From Patescibacteria group bacterium (GTDB lineage: Bacteria > Patescibacteriota > Patescibacteriia > Magasanikbacterales > GWA2-37-8): 64,000 nucleotides of DNA. The stretch spans positions 183,420-247,419 of the forward strand of contig JAQTYG010000001.1 in NCBI GenBank assembly GCA_028688375.1. The letters run 5' to 3'. Position numbers and translations under genes: made by a program. Below, piece after piece: positions 19,890 to 29,770 of the stretch. Below the pieces are notes generated by a model. It ran no database searches. It was given only the letters and a program-made list of their open reading frames with translations, and was not told the DNA's origin. The first letter of the stretch is position 1. Each line of letters opens with the position of its first letter.

Positions 19890-20825
19890 TCACTTTTGTT
19901 GTTTTAAAAAATATTCAATGGTTTTCTTTAAACCGTCTTCAAAATTAACAACCGGTTGCCACCCTAAGTACATTTTGGCTTTGGTGTTATCCAGCCGATT
20001 ACGCAACATCTCGCCGGGTCTATCCGGATTATATTCCGGGACAGCCTCGGGCTTCCCTAACAAGTCGGCGATTTTTTTATATAAAACATTCAGACTAATT
20101 TCATTGCTGTTGCCTAAATTAAATATCGGAATAATTTTCTCATCGCTCTCATAATCTAAAGCCAATAAATTAGCTCTTATCACGTCCCCGACATAAGTAT
20201 AATCTCTAGTCTTGGTGCCGTCGCCATAAATAGCCGCTCTCTTCCCGACATTAATAGACCGGATGTAATCAGCCATCGCGCCTCCCGTTTGACGCGGACC
20301 AAAAATGGTGGCAAATCTAAAAATTACGCAATTTAGCCCAAAAACATGACTATAAAATTGGACATAATTTTCTACGGCAAATTTTGAAATGATATATGGG
20401 TTATCCGGCATCACGGGCTCTGTTTCTTTGGTCGGTAAATTATTGGTGTTGCCATAAACAAAACCGGTGGAAGAAAAAATCACCTTCTTGGCTCCATACT
20501 GTTTTGAAAACTCCAGAGTTTTCAAACTACCCGTGATGCTACGAGAATCAAATATCGGATCTTCTACAGATTTTGGCACATTGGTATTGAAACCGAACAT
20601 ATACACAATCTCCGGCCGTTCTTTTTTAAAAACGTCTTCAAAATTTGGGTCATTCATATCTAATTCGTAAAACTCGGCTTTCAAATTTATGTTTTCGCGC
20701 TTGCCGGTGCTCAAATTATCAACCACGACGACTTTCGCTCCTTTCTCCAACAGAGCGTCTACCAAATGCGAACCGATAAATCCGGCTCCTCCGGTAACTA
20801 AAATTGTCTTGTTCTCTAAATTCAT
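19890..20825 (-). CDS. NAD-dependent epimerase/dehydratase (GalE/UDP-sugar epimerase-like SDR)
   Basis: ILVTGGAGFIGSHLV Rossmann motif and YIISK catalytic motif; 311 aa. Confidence 0.65.
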   Translation of the reverse strand: MNLENKTILVTGGAGFIGSHLVDALLEKGAKVVVVDNLSTGKRENINLKAEFYELDMNDPNFEDVFKKERPEIVYMFGFNTNVPKSVEDPIFDSRSITGSLKTLEFSKQYGAKKVIFSSTGFVYGNTNNLPTKETEPVMPDNPYIISKFAVENYVQFYSHVFGLNCVIFRFATIFGPRQTGGAMADYIRSINVGKRAAIYGDGTKTRDYTYVGDVIRANLLALDYESDEKIIPIFNLGNSNEISLNVLYKKIADLLGKPEAVPEYNPDRPGEMLRNRLDNTKAKMYLGWQPVVNFEDGLKKTIEYFLKQQK

Positions 20826-20827
20826 AA

Positions 20828-21487
20828 TTATTTTTTTCTAAACACTGACAATGAATCCTGAACTTCTAAAAATTCTAACGCCGGACTATTTTTTAATTCA
20901 GCAACTAACTTAATCGGTCCGGGCCAACCAATGAACCCGCCCGGTATAGTGGATGTCACCGGCGCGGAATCGTGAAAAGCCACCGTACCGCCTGACTGTA
21001 ATAAAGGAAACCATTGTAAAAAATCCTGTCTAACCGCTTCGTAGGTATGATCGCCATCGATAAAAATAAAATCGAATGGCTGTCGCCAGTTTTTCACCAC
21101 ATTAAAACTATAATCTTTAAAAAAATAAAATTTCGGATAAAAATTTAGGTTTTGCTTTATTTTTTCTTCATTTCCGATTAACCTCTCGTTCATACTGTCT
21201 GGAATAATCGGGTCAATTCCGTAAATGGGCGCTTGGGCCACTTTCGCCATTTCACGGGTGGTTAGGCCATCTAAAACACCTACCTCTACGATACCCACCC
21301 TCGCAATACAGGCATATTTTTGTAAAGTTTTCACTTCTAAATCAGTACTGAAACGATTGCCTTCTTTCGGGGTTTTGGGGAACAAACCCAGCCTAGTTTT
21401 AACCACATTTTTTATCACATGCGCAAACAGGCGCGGGTTACGCTTTAAAATATCAATTTTGTCTATAATTTTTTCTTTCAAATTCAT
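20828..21487 (-). CDS. Class I SAM-dependent methyltransferase (TylF/CmcI-like O-methyltransferase fold)
   Basis: VGVLDGLTTREMAKV and DFIFIDGDHTYEAVRQDF ... VAFHD resemble macrocin-O-methyltransferase-like family members. Confidence 0.5.
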   Translation of the reverse strand: MNLKEKIIDKIDILKRNPRLFAHVIKNVVKTRLGLFPKTPKEGNRFSTDLEVKTLQKYACIARVGIVEVGVLDGLTTREMAKVAQAPIYGIDPIIPDSMNERLIGNEEKIKQNLNFYPKFYFFKDYSFNVVKNWRQPFDFIFIDGDHTYEAVRQDFLQWFPLLQSGGTVAFHDSAPVTSTIPGGFIGWPGPIKLVAELKNSPALEFLEVQDSLSVFRKK

Positions 21488-21497
21488 AAGCGATTTT

Positions 21498-22565
21498 TTA
21501 ATACAATCTCAGCCGTATCAATATCCATTTCAACGGCAATTTAATGTACTTAGAAATAAAATGAACACCAAAGGCCAAATGTCGTTTTCGATTGGTGTAA
21601 TATTTTTTTATAGCACTTTGCTTTTCTTCGGGCGAAATTGTGATGCCGGGTACTAAAAACGGACGCGATAATTTTAAACGGTAATATTCTTTTGATTCAC
21701 GAAATTGCCCCAAAAATATCTCGTGTTTTTTGTAAAGATAATGTACGTTGCGTGCATAAATTGCTTCAAGTCCCGGAGTACCGGTTGTTTTATTATGCAT
21801 AGTTCCCCATTCAACCTCGGATTGAAATTTTAAGGCGAACACATAATTACGCAATCCCGCCTCAAGACAACGCAATGAAATATCATGACAAGACCAACCA
21901 ACCGGAGCCAACTGTTCATCCATAATTCCAATTTTATTTACGACTTCGCATGATAAGCACTGCGGACTGCCGATCGCCACCATGCGTTCAATCATTTCAT
22001 GCGGCGATAAAGGAATTGGGGACATGCCGGTGCCGTAAGCGCTTTCAATAATATTCCGCTCTTCAATTACCGGCTTTCTGCTTCTAAAATATTCACAAAT
22101 TTCCGGTCTGTCTTTTAAATAAATATTTACTCCGTGTCGGAAACCGAGATAACCAATATTAGAATATCCAAAATGATTATAAATTTTGAAAACCAAATTT
22201 TCCAAATCATAATCTTTTATTATTACATCATCCTGCACAATGATATTACACCCCGGCTCATTCTGCGACGCCGCGCGCAATCCGGCATTAATCTTTCTAA
22301 GTTCATGCACATCGGGAGTCAAAACTTTTGTAATTGGAACTTGGGGGTTCTTTTGAATAATTTCATCTATAATTTTTTCTGTATCATCCGTAGGACGGTC
22401 AAATACCGGATAAATATAACTATTTTCTTTACAACAAGCAAGAACCCCCTCCAAAACTTTGCCGATAAGCTCTTCCTTGTTGTGGATTGTAATAATGTAA
22501 TTAAATCGAAAATTCTTCACATTGATAGATAATAAATATTTTAATTGTGAATTGATATTTACCAA
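21498..22565 (-). CDS. Hypothetical protein, possible GT2-like glycosyltransferase
   Basis: N-terminal pattern YIITIHNKEELIGKVLEGVL...FDRPTDDTEKII resembles GT-A N-termini; weak. Confidence 0.3.
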   Translation of the reverse strand: MVNINSQLKYLLSINVKNFRFNYIITIHNKEELIGKVLEGVLACCKENSYIYPVFDRPTDDTEKIIDEIIQKNPQVPITKVLTPDVHELRKINAGLRAASQNEPGCNIIVQDDVIIKDYDLENLVFKIYNHFGYSNIGYLGFRHGVNIYLKDRPEICEYFRSRKPVIEERNIIESAYGTGMSPIPLSPHEMIERMVAIGSPQCLSCEVVNKIGIMDEQLAPVGWSCHDISLRCLEAGLRNYVFALKFQSEVEWGTMHNKTTGTPGLEAIYARNVHYLYKKHEIFLGQFRESKEYYRLKLSRPFLVPGITISPEEKQSAIKKYYTNRKRHLAFGVHFISKYIKLPLKWILIRLRLY

Positions 22566-22810
22566 TCCTTTGTTTTCTCAATGGTTTTCATTTTAACTTT
22601 TTGATAGATATCTGTGGCCCTCACATCAATTTCCGACGAAAGCATTTTTAATAATTCGTGACCCAAAATACGATATTGCTTACCGATTTTATTTGCCTTG
22701 AGCAGGCCGCTTTTCAACATCCGTTTAACCGTACTTTTACTCACCTTGAGAAGGCGTTCGGTTTCTACCGGTGTATATACTTCATTTGGCTTAATTTCCA
22801 TATTCTGCAA
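22559..22810 (-). CDS. Helix-turn-helix DNA-binding protein (excisionase/MerR-like HTH_17 family)
   Basis: 83 aa; ETERLLKVSKSTVKRMLKSGLLKANKIGKQYRI matches the excisionase-family HTH; embedded in the glycan operon with a 7 nt overlap upstream. Confidence 0.55.
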   Translation of the reverse strand: MQNMEIKPNEVYTPVETERLLKVSKSTVKRMLKSGLLKANKIGKQYRILGHELLKMLSSEIDVRATDIYQKVKMKTIEKTKDW

Positions 22811-22827
22811 TATCTATAATCGCATAT

Positions 22828-23697
22828 TTAAACCATTTGGCCGCGAATAATTGCTAAATTGTGTTCCAAATTATTGAAATTAAAATCAAACTTTTCTACC
22901 GCTAATTTATTAATCGTGGAACAATTCATCGGGCGCTTCGCAATTTGACCGAGCGATTTCGTGCCAACCGGCACGAGCAAATTTTTATCCCAACCAAAAT
23001 AATCACAAATTTTTACGGCGAAATCATATCGTCCGAATATTTCATTGCCAGTAGCGACAAATTTACCGACGACATCACTGGCTATGGCTTTTTTTATTAG
23101 ACGACACAAATCTAGAACAAAAGTCGGATTGCTGATTTGGTCAGTCATTATTCGCATGGCTTTTCCATCTTTCATATTACGATATAATTGCATAAAAAAA
23201 TTCATACCATCCGGGTCCCAGCCGTAAATAACCGTTGGCCTAAATATGATGTAATTTTTTAAAGCGGACACGATTTTTTCCCCTTCAACTTTCGTTTCGC
23301 CGTAATACTGCGCGGGATTAACCGCGTCATTTTCATCATAGCCGCCTTTCTTCCCGTCATAAACGTAATCGGATGAAATGTAAATTATCTTTTTATCGTG
23401 GTGCGCCGACCAAGCGGCCAGTATTTTTGTCGGCAAGACGTTGCACTTGTCCGCGAGCTCTTTTTCCATTTCGCATTTTTCCACATTAGACAAAGCCGCG
23501 AGGTGAACGATGACATCGGGTTGAAAACCATCTAAGATGTTTTTCAGAGCCGCCCTGTCGCTCACGTCAATCACTTTATCCACGAATTCGTTTTTTACGA
23601 TATCTATTCCGCAAATTTCAAAATCCGGCTTCAAAATTGAATAAAGATTTTTGCCGACAAAACCGCCGGAGCCGGTAATTAAAATCTTTTTACTCAT
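22828..23697 (-). CDS. rfbD: dTDP-4-dehydrorhamnose reductase-like (RmlD family SDR)
   Basis: KILITGSGGFVGKNL; 289 aa; adjacent to a cupin 3,5-epimerase. Confidence 0.65.
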   Translation of the reverse strand: MSKKILITGSGGFVGKNLYSILKPDFEICGIDIVKNEFVDKVIDVSDRAALKNILDGFQPDVIVHLAALSNVEKCEMEKELADKCNVLPTKILAAWSAHHDKKIIYISSDYVYDGKKGGYDENDAVNPAQYYGETKVEGEKIVSALKNYIIFRPTVIYGWDPDGMNFFMQLYRNMKDGKAMRIMTDQISNPTFVLDLCRLIKKAIASDVVGKFVATGNEIFGRYDFAVKICDYFGWDKNLLVPVGTKSLGQIAKRPMNCSTINKLAVEKFDFNFNNLEHNLAIIRGQMV

Positions 23698-24217
23698 ATT
23701 TTATTTCCCAGTTATAGGGAATTTCTTTTGAAAACGGGTCCATTCTTTTTATTTCGTCCGGAGAATGGGGATGAGTGGCACAGTTAGCGACAATCGCCTC
23801 TTCAACGCCGATACCTTTGAAACCGTTCCAAACACCTGGCGGAATTGCCACCAAACTATAATTTTTATCACCAATGAATATCACTTGTAATTCGCCTTTA
23901 GTCGAAGAATCTTCCCGCGCGTCAAACAAAACGACTTTGATATTGCCCTTAACCACCGCGTAATTTAACGTCATTTCCGTATGCAGATGCCAACCCTTGA
24001 CTACCCCTGGATATACGGTAGAAAAATACATTTCACCAAATTGCTTAAATTCCGGGTCAGTGACTTTGAGCATATGCATAATGCTGCCACGTTCATCGGC
24101 AATCTTACGCAAAGGTTTAATAATAACTCCGTCTATCATATTTATTGTATTAATGTGATTAAAAGCCCAATAATTTGAATAAAAAATGACACATAGATAG
24201 TCTAACAGAGGTGTCAT
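23690..24217 (-). CDS. rfbC: dTDP-4-dehydrorhamnose 3,5-epimerase-like (RmlC cupin)
   Basis: MIDGVIIKPLRKIADERGS...YFSTVYPGVVKGWHLH matches the RmlC family; true start is probably the internal Met at 24139 (protein starting MIDGV), because the upstream extension is hydrophobic nonsense. Confidence 0.7.
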   Translation of the reverse strand: MTPLLDYLCVIFYSNYWAFNHINTINMIDGVIIKPLRKIADERGSIMHMLKVTDPEFKQFGEMYFSTVYPGVVKGWHLHTEMTLNYAVVKGNIKVVLFDAREDSSTKGELQVIFIGDKNYSLVAIPPGVWNGFKGIGVEEAIVANCATHPHSPDEIKRMDPFSKEIPYNWEIKYE

Positions 24218-24236
24218 TAGGTGTCAAAAGGTGTCA
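24210..24236. promoter_or_regulatory. Three phased direct repeats GGTGTCA (TGACACC on the coding strand) at exact 10 bp spacing, immediately upstream of rmlC
   Basis: ggtgtcattaggtgtcaaaaggtgtcagg read directly; helical-turn phasing suggests a transcription-factor operator. Confidence 0.4.
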
Positions 24237-24250
24237 GGAAGAGTTATCCA

Positions 24251-24288
24251 CAGGGCACTAGAGAAAGCTTCGCTTTCACAGTGCCCTG
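24251..24288. repeat. Perfect nested hairpin (CAGGGCACT ... AGTGCCCTG with inner GAAAGC-TTC-GCTTTC) between fcl and rmlC
   Basis: Inverted repeats read directly; sits at the boundary where GC content shifts from about 50 percent to AT-rich. Confidence 0.5.
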
Positions 24289-24320
24289 CAGGCAGGGCGG
24301 GGTATACACCACTTCCGGAC

Positions 24321-25277
24321 TTATGCGGGGCGAGGCGCTTTATACCACTCATAAACGGACTTAACCCCCTCTTTCAGCCCGATCTTTTGCTTCCAGCCCA
24401 AAGCATTAATTTTGGAGATGTCCAATAATTTTTGTGGGGTGCCGTCCGGTTTGGAATCGTCCCAGACTACTTCTCCCTTACAATCGACGACTTGCTTTAT
24501 CAATTCGGCCAGCTCTCTGATGGTCACATCATTACCGGCGCCCAAATTAAAATATATTTCCCCCTTCTCGCTTTGTTCTTTAGTCGGATTGAAATTGTTC
24601 ATTAAAAAAACACAACCATCGGCCATATCATCCACGTGTAAAAATTCTCGATGCGGAGCGCCGGTCCCCCAAACCTCTACTGTCGGCGCGTTATTTATTT
24701 TTGCTTCGTGAAATTTACGAATCAGCGCCGGAATGACGTGAGAGTTTTTTAAATCAAAATTATCGTTCGGACCGTATAAATTTGTCGGCATGACAGCGAA
24801 AAAATCGGTGCCGTATTGCCGATTATAGCTCTGGCACATTTTTATTCCGGCAATTTTAGCCAGAGCGTAAGAATCGTTGGTCGGCTCAAGTTTGCCGGTC
24901 ATTAAGTATTCCTCTTTAATCGGTTGGGGGCATTCGCGCGGGTAAATACAGGAAGAACCGAGAAATAATAATTTTTTTACGCCGTTTAGATAAGACTGGT
25001 GAATGATATTATTTTGGATCTGTAAATTTTCGTAAATAAACTGCGCCGGATAAGTGTTGTTGGCTAAAATTCCACCGACTTTGGCCGCGGCCAAGAAAAC
25101 ATACTCCGGTTTGGCTTCAGAAAAAAAATCGGCCACAGCTGATTGATTGGTCAAATCCAATTCGACCAAAGTACGGAATATCAAATTGGTATAGCCTTCG
25201 GCCTGAAGCCGGCGCACTAAAGCCGAGCCGACCAAGCCGGTATGCCCCGCCACATAAATTTTAGCGTTCTTCTCCAT
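24321..25277 (-). CDS. fcl: GDP-L-fucose synthase (GDP-4-keto-6-deoxy-D-mannose 3,5-epimerase/4-reductase)
   Basis: [31 protein letters not shown] is a near-canonical Fcl/WcaG N-terminus; 318 aa. Confidence 0.8.
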   Translation of the reverse strand: MEKNAKIYVAGHTGLVGSALVRRLQAEGYTNLIFRTLVELDLTNQSAVADFFSEAKPEYVFLAAAKVGGILANNTYPAQFIYENLQIQNNIIHQSYLNGVKKLLFLGSSCIYPRECPQPIKEEYLMTGKLEPTNDSYALAKIAGIKMCQSYNRQYGTDFFAVMPTNLYGPNDNFDLKNSHVIPALIRKFHEAKINNAPTVEVWGTGAPHREFLHVDDMADGCVFLMNNFNPTKEQSEKGEIYFNLGAGNDVTIRELAELIKQVVDCKGEVVWDDSKPDGTPQKLLDISKINALGWKQKIGLKEGVKSVYEWYKAPRPA

Positions 25278-25282
25278 AATAT

Positions 25283-26347
25283 TTACTCCCTCCCCCTCTT
25301 ATTCTCCCCCTCTGGCAGGGGGAGAGAAGCGCCCTCCGCTTCACACATGATTTTCACCAGCTCTACGAACTTTACTTTCGGTTCCCAACCAAATGCTTGT
25401 TTGGCCTTGGTGGCGTCGCCCAACAGAAAATCCACTTCCGCCGGACGATAATACTCCGGATCAATGGCAATAATCACCTGGCCGGTTTTTTTATCCACGC
25501 CTTTTTCTTCCAGACCACTCCCCTGCCAAATCAATTCAAAACCGAAATATTTAGCCGCTTCTTCGGCGAACTCCCGCACGCTATGCGATTCGCCGGTGGC
25601 AATAACATAATCGTCCGGCTTATCTTGCTGGAGCATCTGCCACATCGCCTCCACATAATCTTTGGCGTAACCCCAATCGCGTTTGGCTTCCAAGTTGCCG
25701 AGGAATAATTTTTCTTGTTTACCGGCTTTTATTTGCGCTAAACCGTGAGTAATTTTTTTCGTAACGAAAGTTCCGCCTCGACGCGGTGATTCATGGTTGA
25801 AAAGAATGCCGTTGCAAATAAACATGCCGTAGGACTCCCGATAATTCACCGCGATATTATGCGCGTAAACCTTGGCGCAACCATACGGACTGCGGGGATA
25901 AAAAGGTGTAGTTTCTTTTTGCGGCGTCTCCAACACTTTACCAAACATTTCTGAAGAACCGGCTTGATAAAATTTTGTTTTAAAACCGGTGTCGCGAATG
26001 GCATCCAGCAAACGCAGGGTGCCCACCCCGTCGGCATCAGCCGTATACTCCGGTAATTCAAAACTGACTTTAACGTGGCTTTGCGCGCCCAAATTGTACA
26101 CCTCGTCCGGTTTAACTTTTTCTATAATGCGGTTGAGGTTACTGCCATCAGTTAAATCACCATAATGCAGGAACATTTTTGCGCCCTGGTTATGCGGGTC
26201 GCTATAAATATGGTCAATTCGTCCGGTGTTGAAACTGCTGGAGCGGCGGATAATACCGTGCACTTCATAACCCTTATCCAACAAAAACTCCGCTAGGTAA
26301 GAGCCATCTTGGCCGGTGATACCGGTGATAAGCGCTTTTTTAGGCAT
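25283..26347 (-). CDS. gmd: GDP-mannose 4,6-dehydratase with a C-terminal extension encoded by an inserted palindromic repeat
   Basis: [35 protein letters not shown] is the canonical Gmd N-terminus; the last 17 codons ([16 protein letters not shown]) derive from repeat family C. Confidence 0.8.
   Translation of the reverse strand: MPKKALITGITGQDGSYLAEFLLDKGYEVHGIIRRSSSFNTGRIDHIYSDPHNQGAKMFLHYGDLTDGSNLNRIIEKVKPDEVYNLGAQSHVKVSFELPEYTADADGVGTLRLLDAIRDTGFKTKFYQAGSSEMFGKVLETPQKETTPFYPRSPYGCAKVYAHNIAVNYRESYGMFICNGILFNHESPRRGGTFVTKKITHGLAQIKAGKQEKLFLGNLEAKRDWGYAKDYVEAMWQMLQQDKPDDYVIATGESHSVREFAEEAAKYFGFELIWQGSGLEEKGVDKKTGQVIIAIDPEYYRPAEVDFLLGDATKAKQAFGWEPKVKFVELVKIMCEAEGASLPLPEGENKRGRE
25286..25340. 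repeat. Intragenic palindromic repeat element family C, copy 1 (CTCCCTCCCCCTCTTATTCTCCCCCTCTGGCAGGGGGAGAGAAGCGCC)
   Basis: 45/48 nt identical to 31337..31384; contains the TCTCCCCCT/AGGGGGAGA inverted repeat; lies inside the gmd 3' end, in frame. Confidence 0.75.
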
Positions 26348-26360
26348 AAAATAATTATGA

Positions 26361-28511
26361 TTATTTTTTAGTCGCAGCGGCCGCGGTGGAGGTGCCGTTG
26401 GGGAATATTTGATTAATGTAATCTTTGTCTTGGTCCGTAAAAACCGCTTTATTCTTGTCGGCCAAAGTCCAAACCGACGGTATTTTTTCCGGCTGTCCGG
26501 TCAATTGGTAGATATAGGCTAAACGCCAGTAACCTTCTCCCGGACGCGGATTGTCAGCAATGGTTTGCAATAATAAACTAACCGCTTCATCCGGTTTATT
26601 TATCTGCGTATCCAACATGGCCAGCGCATAGATAATTTGCTGACGATGCGGAGAGTTAACTAGCGCTTGGCGTAAATAATTTTCCGATTCTTGAACGTAA
26701 AGTTGGTTATTTTCGATATACGCCTTGAATTGCGCCAATTGATAGAGGTTTAGATAGTTGCGCACATCTAAGGGATGGAGAATCGTATTCTTATTCAATT
26801 CGGCATAACAAAAATCCAAAACGCTTTTTATTATTTCATTGTTTAAGCTTTTCTGCTTTTCCGCGGCGTATAACATTTGCACGGCCGAACGACTCAAGTC
26901 GCTTCTAATATCATCAATATGAGGCGACCCGACAGAGACGGCGATTTTCATTTTTTCCAAACTGGCTGATGGATTAAGCGAAAGGGTTTTGATCGCATCC
27001 AACGTGGCCATGTTCGCCCGAGCCGGTTGGATATTAAAAATAAGGATGACGATAAAAGTCAGCAGGCCGACGGTGCAGACCGCGCCCAAACTAATCCGTT
27101 CGTTCGGTTCCGTTTTATAATTTTTATTTTTCTCGTTTCCCGCTATTTGCTCTTTATCGGTTGTAAGCTGATTAATCATCGCCAACCAACACATGAAATA
27201 TAGATACGAAGTAATATTTTCAAACACGGTAAGGTTACTGACAAAATGCGCGGCTAAAAATCCGCAACCAATCGCCAAAAGATGAACATCGATGCGTTCT
27301 CGCCGATAAGCTTGGATCAGCGCGATGGCCGCCACGATAAACAACGCGAAATACGTTAAAAAACCGACCGCACCCTGCACCGCTAATGTGTTCATGACAA
27401 TGTTGTGCGCGTTATCGAACCACGTTTCACTATAACCAAAATCCAGCGAGCGAGCGGTGTAATTGTAATTAAACGCGTAGAAATAATTATTCGGACCCCA
27501 GCCGAAAAACGGCCGTTGTAAAAAGCTTTCCCAAGCAATTTCCCAGGCCACCCAGCGCGGAGTCGCTTTGACATCTGTCCAGGAGGTATTTACCGCGCGG
27601 CCCACAGCCGGCATATTACTAACAAAATCAGTTTTGCGATAATTGTAAAGCAAGCCGACGATCAACACTACCAAAATCATTAAACCGAATAAAGAATATC
27701 GAGTTTTCGGATGTCCGCGAAGAGCCAGGGCGTAGGTAAAAATACACGCGCCGACGCCGGCCAGCAAACCCAATACCGCTCCTCTGGTACCACTGTAAAG
27801 GAGGCCGAGAAAAGCAAAGAACATCAAAAATAAATATATGCCTTGCCAAATTCTATTTTTATCTTTTACAAAAAGTAGAAACGCCAAAAACAAGAGGAAT
27901 AAACCATAGCCACCAACATAAATCGGGTTGCCTAGAGTACTGCCGACACGGCCGCTGCCCCCATTCAAAAGCAAATCCGGATTGGCGATTTGCAAAGCGC
28001 CGACAAACATAACGAGCGAGCCGGCTAAAAGAAGGACCCGCAACAACCATTTCCAATCAGTCCAAGTTTTAAAAAACTGGCTGGCCAATAAATAAAAAAC
28101 AAAGTAATGAAGGATGGTATAAAAGCCAAGCATTCTCTCGTGATTATCCCAAAAACTATGATAGGCGTCCGCGCCGACAAAAGTGGAGATGCCAAAACTA
28201 ATGACATAAAACGCGACCACGGCCGCGGTCAACGGCGTAAAACGCGGTTTGTATTCTTGCCAATTGATGATCAGAAGCAAAATATAAGCGCCGAGCATTA
28301 TTTCCACTAAAGAGCGGAACACCACTATTTTCGGCACGATAAAAGGGAAAATAAACGAACTGGGAATAACGATAAGCGGTACAAAAAAACTGACGTAAAT
28401 CAGGGCCTTGATAACAAATTCTAATTTCTTGCGATTCATATTAAATAAGGATAAAAAACCGGCCAGAACCCGGTTTATTCTTCTGGATCCCCGCCTGCGC
28501 GAGGATGACAA
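26361..28511 (-). CDS. O-antigen ligase/polymerase-like (Wzy_C-type) polytopic membrane protein with C-terminal TPR repeats
   Basis: Many TM helices; periplasmic loop [11 protein letters not shown] resembles the O-antigen ligase family motif; C-terminal about 250 aa TPR-like ([12 protein letters not shown]). Real start is probably the internal MNRKK. Confidence 0.5.
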   Translation of the reverse strand: MSSSRRRGSRRINRVLAGFLSLFNMNRKKLEFVIKALIYVSFFVPLIVIPSSFIFPFIVPKIVVFRSLVEIMLGAYILLLIINWQEYKPRFTPLTAAVVAFYVISFGISTFVGADAYHSFWDNHERMLGFYTILHYFVFYLLASQFFKTWTDWKWLLRVLLLAGSLVMFVGALQIANPDLLLNGGSGRVGSTLGNPIYVGGYGLFLLFLAFLLFVKDKNRIWQGIYLFLMFFAFLGLLYSGTRGAVLGLLAGVGACIFTYALALRGHPKTRYSLFGLMILVVLIVGLLYNYRKTDFVSNMPAVGRAVNTSWTDVKATPRWVAWEIAWESFLQRPFFGWGPNNYFYAFNYNYTARSLDFGYSETWFDNAHNIVMNTLAVQGAVGFLTYFALFIVAAIALIQAYRRERIDVHLLAIGCGFLAAHFVSNLTVFENITSYLYFMCWLAMINQLTTDKEQIAGNEKNKNYKTEPNERISLGAVCTVGLLTFIVILIFNIQPARANMATLDAIKTLSLNPSASLEKMKIAVSVGSPHIDDIRSDLSRSAVQMLYAAEKQKSLNNEIIKSVLDFCYAELNKNTILHPLDVRNYLNLYQLAQFKAYIENNQLYVQESENYLRQALVNSPHRQQIIYALAMLDTQINKPDEAVSLLLQTIADNPRPGEGYWRLAYIYQLTGQPEKIPSVWTLADKNKAVFTDQDKDYINQIFPNGTSTAAAATKK
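28478..28508. repeat. REP-like hairpin element family A (degenerate copy): CTGGATCCCCGCCTGCGCGAGGATGACA
   Basis: Matches the consensus CTGGATTCCCGCC-TKCGC-GGGAATGACA seen at 46637, 49256, 58753 and 42180. Confidence 0.55.
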
Positions 28512-28622
28512 ATTAATGATATTATTTTACGCAAAAACGGGCTAAACGTCAAATGGTAGTCGCGTATTGATTGTGCGGGGAAAATATGATACCCTAAGTA
28601 CTCGGACGACGAACAAAAAAAT

Positions 28623-29078
28623 ATGCAATACCGGACAAAAAATGAAAGTGAGACGGCGGAAGTTGGCAGAAAAACGGCAGCCGAACTCAACGGCGGTGAT
28701 ATCTTGTGTTTATACGGAGATCTGGGAGCCGGCAAGACAACCCTGGTAAAAGGGTTGGCCCGAGGGCTAGGACTTCGGCGCCGGATCACCAGCCCGACGT
28801 TCGCGCTAATGAATATATACGACGTACGAACCGCGAAAGACGCGGCGGTGCGCAAATTGGTTCACATCGACACCTACCGCTTGGAGAATGAGCGGGAATT
28901 AGTTGAAATCGGAATTGAAGATTATCTGGGCGCGCCGAACACGATTTGCGTGATTGAGTGGCCGGAAAAAATTAAGGGATTGCTTAAAAATAAAAAAACG
29001 CTCAATGTGCGGATTGAGCATACAAAAACCGGAAGGACGATCGTAGTAAACAGAAATTTGAAAACAGAAAACAGGTAA
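28623..29078 (+). CDS. tsaE: tRNA threonylcarbamoyladenosine biosynthesis ATPase TsaE
   Basis: GDLGAGKTTLVKGLARGLG Walker A and SPTFALMNIYD are typical of TsaE/YjeE; 151 aa. Confidence 0.8.
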   Translation: MQYRTKNESETAEVGRKTAAELNGGDILCLYGDLGAGKTTLVKGLARGLGLRRRITSPTFALMNIYDVRTAKDAAVRKLVHIDTYRLENERELVEIGIEDYLGAPNTICVIEWPEKIKGLLKNKKTLNVRIEHTKTGRTIVVNRNLKTENR

Positions 29079-29093
29079 GTGACGATTTTCTGT

Positions 29094-29648
29094 TTACTGC
29101 TTTCTAATTACTGTTTTCTTTTGGCTATACCGGCATCCACAATAATTCTGCCGATAAATGCCTCTCTCTTCGACTAGTTTCTTTGCCTTGATCTGTCGCC
29201 CAGATTTCTTCCAATCTTCCGGGTAAAACTTGATGCCAAATTCATCCGCCAGCGCCCAGCCGATCGGGTTTATCACCTCGGCTTTTTTGTTTCGGCCCAT
29301 GGTCAGTGAGGTGGCAAACAAACTAAAACCATGTTGCGCGGCGTATTCGGCCGTTCGGCGCAGGCGCAAACCAAAACAAACCGGACAGCGCTCCCCCATC
29401 TCAGGCTCATGTTCCAGCCCGGCGACAGCCTTATCCCATTTGGTCGACTCATAATCAGCGTCCACCATCGAGATTTGCCATTCGTCACACACGCGTACCA
29501 CTTCGGCCTTGCGTTTTAAATATTCCGCTTCGGGATAAATGTTGGGATTATAAAAAAAGACGGTCAGAACGTATTTTGACCGGAGCTCATCAATGACGGC
29601 AATGGAGCAGGGCGCACAGCAGACGTGCAACAATAATTTTATTGGCAT
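29094..29648 (-). CDS. queH: Epoxyqueuosine reductase QueH (DUF208)
   Basis: KLLLHVCCAPCS and CGCRYS cysteine motifs. The ORF track extends to 29681 with a TTG start; the ATG at 29648 (MPIKLLLHVCCAPC) is the more plausible start. Confidence 0.75.
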   Translation of the reverse strand: MPIKLLLHVCCAPCSIAVIDELRSKYVLTVFFYNPNIYPEAEYLKRKAEVVRVCDEWQISMVDADYESTKWDKAVAGLEHEPEMGERCPVCFGLRLRRTAEYAAQHGFSLFATSLTMGRNKKAEVINPIGWALADEFGIKFYPEDWKKSGRQIKAKKLVEERGIYRQNYCGCRYSQKKTVIRKQ

Positions 29649-29659
29649 AAAATTCTTAA

Positions 29660-29770
29660 AATCCCAATAACCAATTCCCAATGACCAAAAAATGACTAAA
29701 ATTCAAATGACCAATTGGATATTGGGATTTGTGATTTGATTGGTCATTGGACATTAGAGCTTGGTCATTA
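29660..29770. promoter_or_regulatory. Array of ATGACCAA / TTGGTCAT direct and inverted repeats in the queH upstream region
   Basis: atgaccaa (29681), aatgaccaat (29706), attggtcatt (29739), ttggtcatt (29761); palindromic half-sites suggest a dimeric regulator operator. Confidence 0.4.

Noticed and set aside
22134-22532. 132 aa plus-strand ORF inside the glycan cluster
   Set aside because: Antisense to 21498..22565, AT-rich low-complexity translation (IIIFYYYIILH), no RBS.
28475-28855. 126 aa minus-strand ORF antisense to tsaE
   Set aside because: tsaE has a Walker A and family motifs. The antisense frame has none and begins inside the REP element.
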